A stretch of 64,000 nucleotides of DNA from Watersipora subatra (taxonomy: Eukaryota), in contig NC_088708.1 of NCBI RefSeq assembly GCF_963576615.1, positions 42,797,115-42,861,114 on the forward strand, read 5' to 3'. The notes below the pieces were generated by a model. That model was given only the letters and a program-made list of their open reading frames with translations, did no database searches and was not told the DNA's origin. The translations under genes were made by a program, and so were the position numbers. This document shows positions 61,740 through 64,000 of the stretch, in pieces. Position 1 is the stretch's first letter; each line of letters begins with the position of its first letter.

Positions 61740-62150
61740 TGATATGGTGCGTTCGAGATCTGGTGGCGAGCCTGGAGAAGCAGGCGAGCCAGACAGTGGT
61801 AATGGCATAGAAAAAAAGGAGTGATGAGAGAACTGGCTGGTGGCAAAGGTGCAAGAAAAGTTGGTAGTTTGGACAGTAAAAGAGCGAATACAAGTTGATG
61901 ATGAAAATGAAAGCTGAGGGTACCATAGTCTTGCAAAAAAGTGATAAGGCTACTGAACGTTAAGCTACAGATGGTAATGGCAAGACTAAGATTGGGGACT
62001 CGAAAGGCAATATCTGATATAAGGTATGTCAATCTATGATGAATAATTATGCAGCTGAATGTGAAAGTAGTGCATGCAAGAAATGTAACATGAAAGGTCA
62101 CTGGGTTATGGACTGTCCCAAAATGTGTTAATGGCGTGGACAACATGGGC
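61740..62150 (+). mobile_element. Retroelement gag-like fragment with a CCHC zinc knuckle (CKKCNMKGHWVMDCP)
   Basis: The zinc-knuckle pattern C-x2-C-x4-H-x4-C lies at ~62075-62125. It sits downstream of the pol remnant, which is the wrong order for a single element, so it is probably a second or rearranged copy. Confidence 0.4.
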
Positions 62151-64000
62151 ATGTGAAAAAATGATAAAGCCAGTTTTCCAGTAGCCCAACATGTTAAGTT
62201 GACCTGACCCAGTTTGAAGGATTTCTGCCTTTACTACTGCTCAAAGTGATCATGACACATCTTCTGTAAAATACGTTAAAATAGTAGCTGGTATCTACTC
62301 TGCCGCTCTATTCCTTTGACAACTAATGTATATAGTTGTTAAGGTTTTTGAGTCAAATACAGTTATCTGCACAAACTATTTCAGCTTCTGATAGGTTGTA
62401 GCAACTTTGAAGAGCTACACACAGCCTAGAGGTGCAAGAAGCAGTTTATTCAACTTTAGCATGTAAATTTGGTACATCGAACCTATGCTATGTAATGGGA
62501 AGCTGCAACATGCTTGGCTTGACAATACATAACCATAGAACTTTCATTATGCAATTGAAATCTGTTGCTACGTGATGCTACTGGTTACTAATGATGATGC
62601 AACTAAAGACCCCAATAGCTCACGACTGAGGTGGACAATTTCGAACAAAAAAGAAAATGTGATATAATGATGGAAGAGTAACAAAGAGTGGAAGTCGACA
62701 ATGACCTCTATGTCTATGACATTTAAATAATGCCAACGACTTTAGATGTCACCAGCCTATAGACCTAGATGACACAGACAACATAAAATCTAATTGTTTA
62801 TCAATTCTACATATAAATAAGTGCATTAAAATGAACGTGCATGAGGGGTACTTCTACAAACACAAAATTAATGTTGCTATTGGATAAAATATTTTAGTTT
62901 TTAAATCTGCATAGTTAGAAGAGGCCTTCAAACAGCTTCCTAGATCCTAGGTTATTAGAAGTTTAAAAATTGTTACGTCATTAGTTGCAGTTATTATGAG
63001 CATGTAGTTTTGATAAGGTACTACAATATGAAAAATTCCCATATTACTAGATCAAAAAAGCTACTCATACACGTTTGAAATCACATAAGGTGTACATGCT
63101 ACTTCTTTGCATGCAAAATGGAGAGAAACTCTATGAGTTTAAGAATCCTACCAACTATGCTGCTGATATGGCTGTCAGATAAGTATATTGTAATAAACAG
63201 GAATAAAGATGACACAAGAGTTGAACTCATCATCTATGAATACTGCGGCACACCAAAATTGGAATCTTCATTGTACGTAGAAAAAAATGGGCCTAAGCCT
63301 AATGACTGACAATTGGAACTGAGCAAATGAACAGAGACTACTTATACAAAATTGATAAGTTAACTTAACAATTCTCTTAGAAATTGCTAAGTTAACTTCT
63401 CTGTGGCAACAATTAAGGTAGTGCCACAGCTTGCTGAAAAATCTTCTAAAACAAAATGTGGCAGCAAAAGAAGCAATACTGCTCAAGCAATAGTTGTAAC
63501 AAGGATTTTTCAATAGACTATTATTACCTAATAGCTATTTTTGTAAAATGTAAGTCGAAAAATTTTGATGGATGCAATACCGAAAATTCTCAAAAAAGTA
63601 TCGAGATAAAATGGTCAAGAAATGCTTAATAAATGGCTACAGAGAGGGGAGTAAAAAGTAACCAGGGGTAAAAACTTTGGCTGCATGTTGAGAGATACAA
63701 ACCACACCCAAATGTCACACAGTGAAACAAAAAAGTTTAAATTAAGGGACGCCTTTACAATTAGCAAAAACACCAAAAATATTTAAAAACACCTTTGGCA
63801 ATAGAGAGGTCAATGAAACTACACTAGACATAAATCACCAAATCATCACCATTTTTTGTAAGCCATGCAAAGCCAAGCAGCAAACAACTGTTCTAGTAGC
63901 CCTTTTCCAGGCATGGGGACGCTATTGCCGTTTAGCAATAGTGCTGACAATGGGCGAAGCAACAGTTATTTTGCCATACCAATATATTTTTCTAAGTGAT

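Overview
This window looks like an AT-rich invertebrate metazoan chromosomal segment with GT-AG introns (GTAAGT/GTGAGT donors). It is not prokaryotic, so there are no operons or CRISPR arrays. I can support three multi-exon protein-coding genes by translating the sequence and comparing it with protein families I recognise from memory. (1) A 7-exon plus-strand gene at 2749-5536 encodes a ~286-aa protein with a repeated GKPGxGAP motif; I cannot name it. (2) A minus-strand ortholog of ANKMY2 (ankyrin repeat plus MYND zinc finger) runs from the ATG at 21717 to the stop at 6242. Eight exons were found and at least one middle exon was not. (3) A minus-strand BTBD3/BTBD6-family gene (BTB-BACK-PHR) runs from the ATG at 56342 to the stop at 27185. 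It has five coding exons and a ~20.7-kb terminal intron. The rest is a dense repeat landscape. A hAT DNA transposon (23206-25957) has 15-bp terminal inverted repeats (TIRs) and an intact 8-bp target-site duplication (TSD), and lies between the two minus-strand genes. A Tc1/mariner-derived MITE family (a 755-bp copy flanked by TA at 49241-49995, a truncated copy and a fragment) is present. Decayed Ty3/gypsy pol and gag sequences lie at 58800-62150. Several MITE or foldback elements are present. There are at least ten distinct tandem arrays, including a ~203-bp satellite of about 18 monomers (42070-45830) inside the BTBD intron. Repeat orientations are often mirrored: outward-facing ~500-bp inverted copies at 28745-29310 and 46630-47115 bracket a ~18-kb block containing the satellite. 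Two tandem paralogous terminal-exon-plus-AATAAA units and two Tudor-like exon-like segments lie antisense inside the BTBD intron and may mark an unannotated nested gene or a retained duplicate. The ORF track uses alternative start codons (TTG/GTG), and several of its long ORFs are translations of tandem repeats. All family assignments are from translating by eye and recalled protein sequences; no database search was possible.
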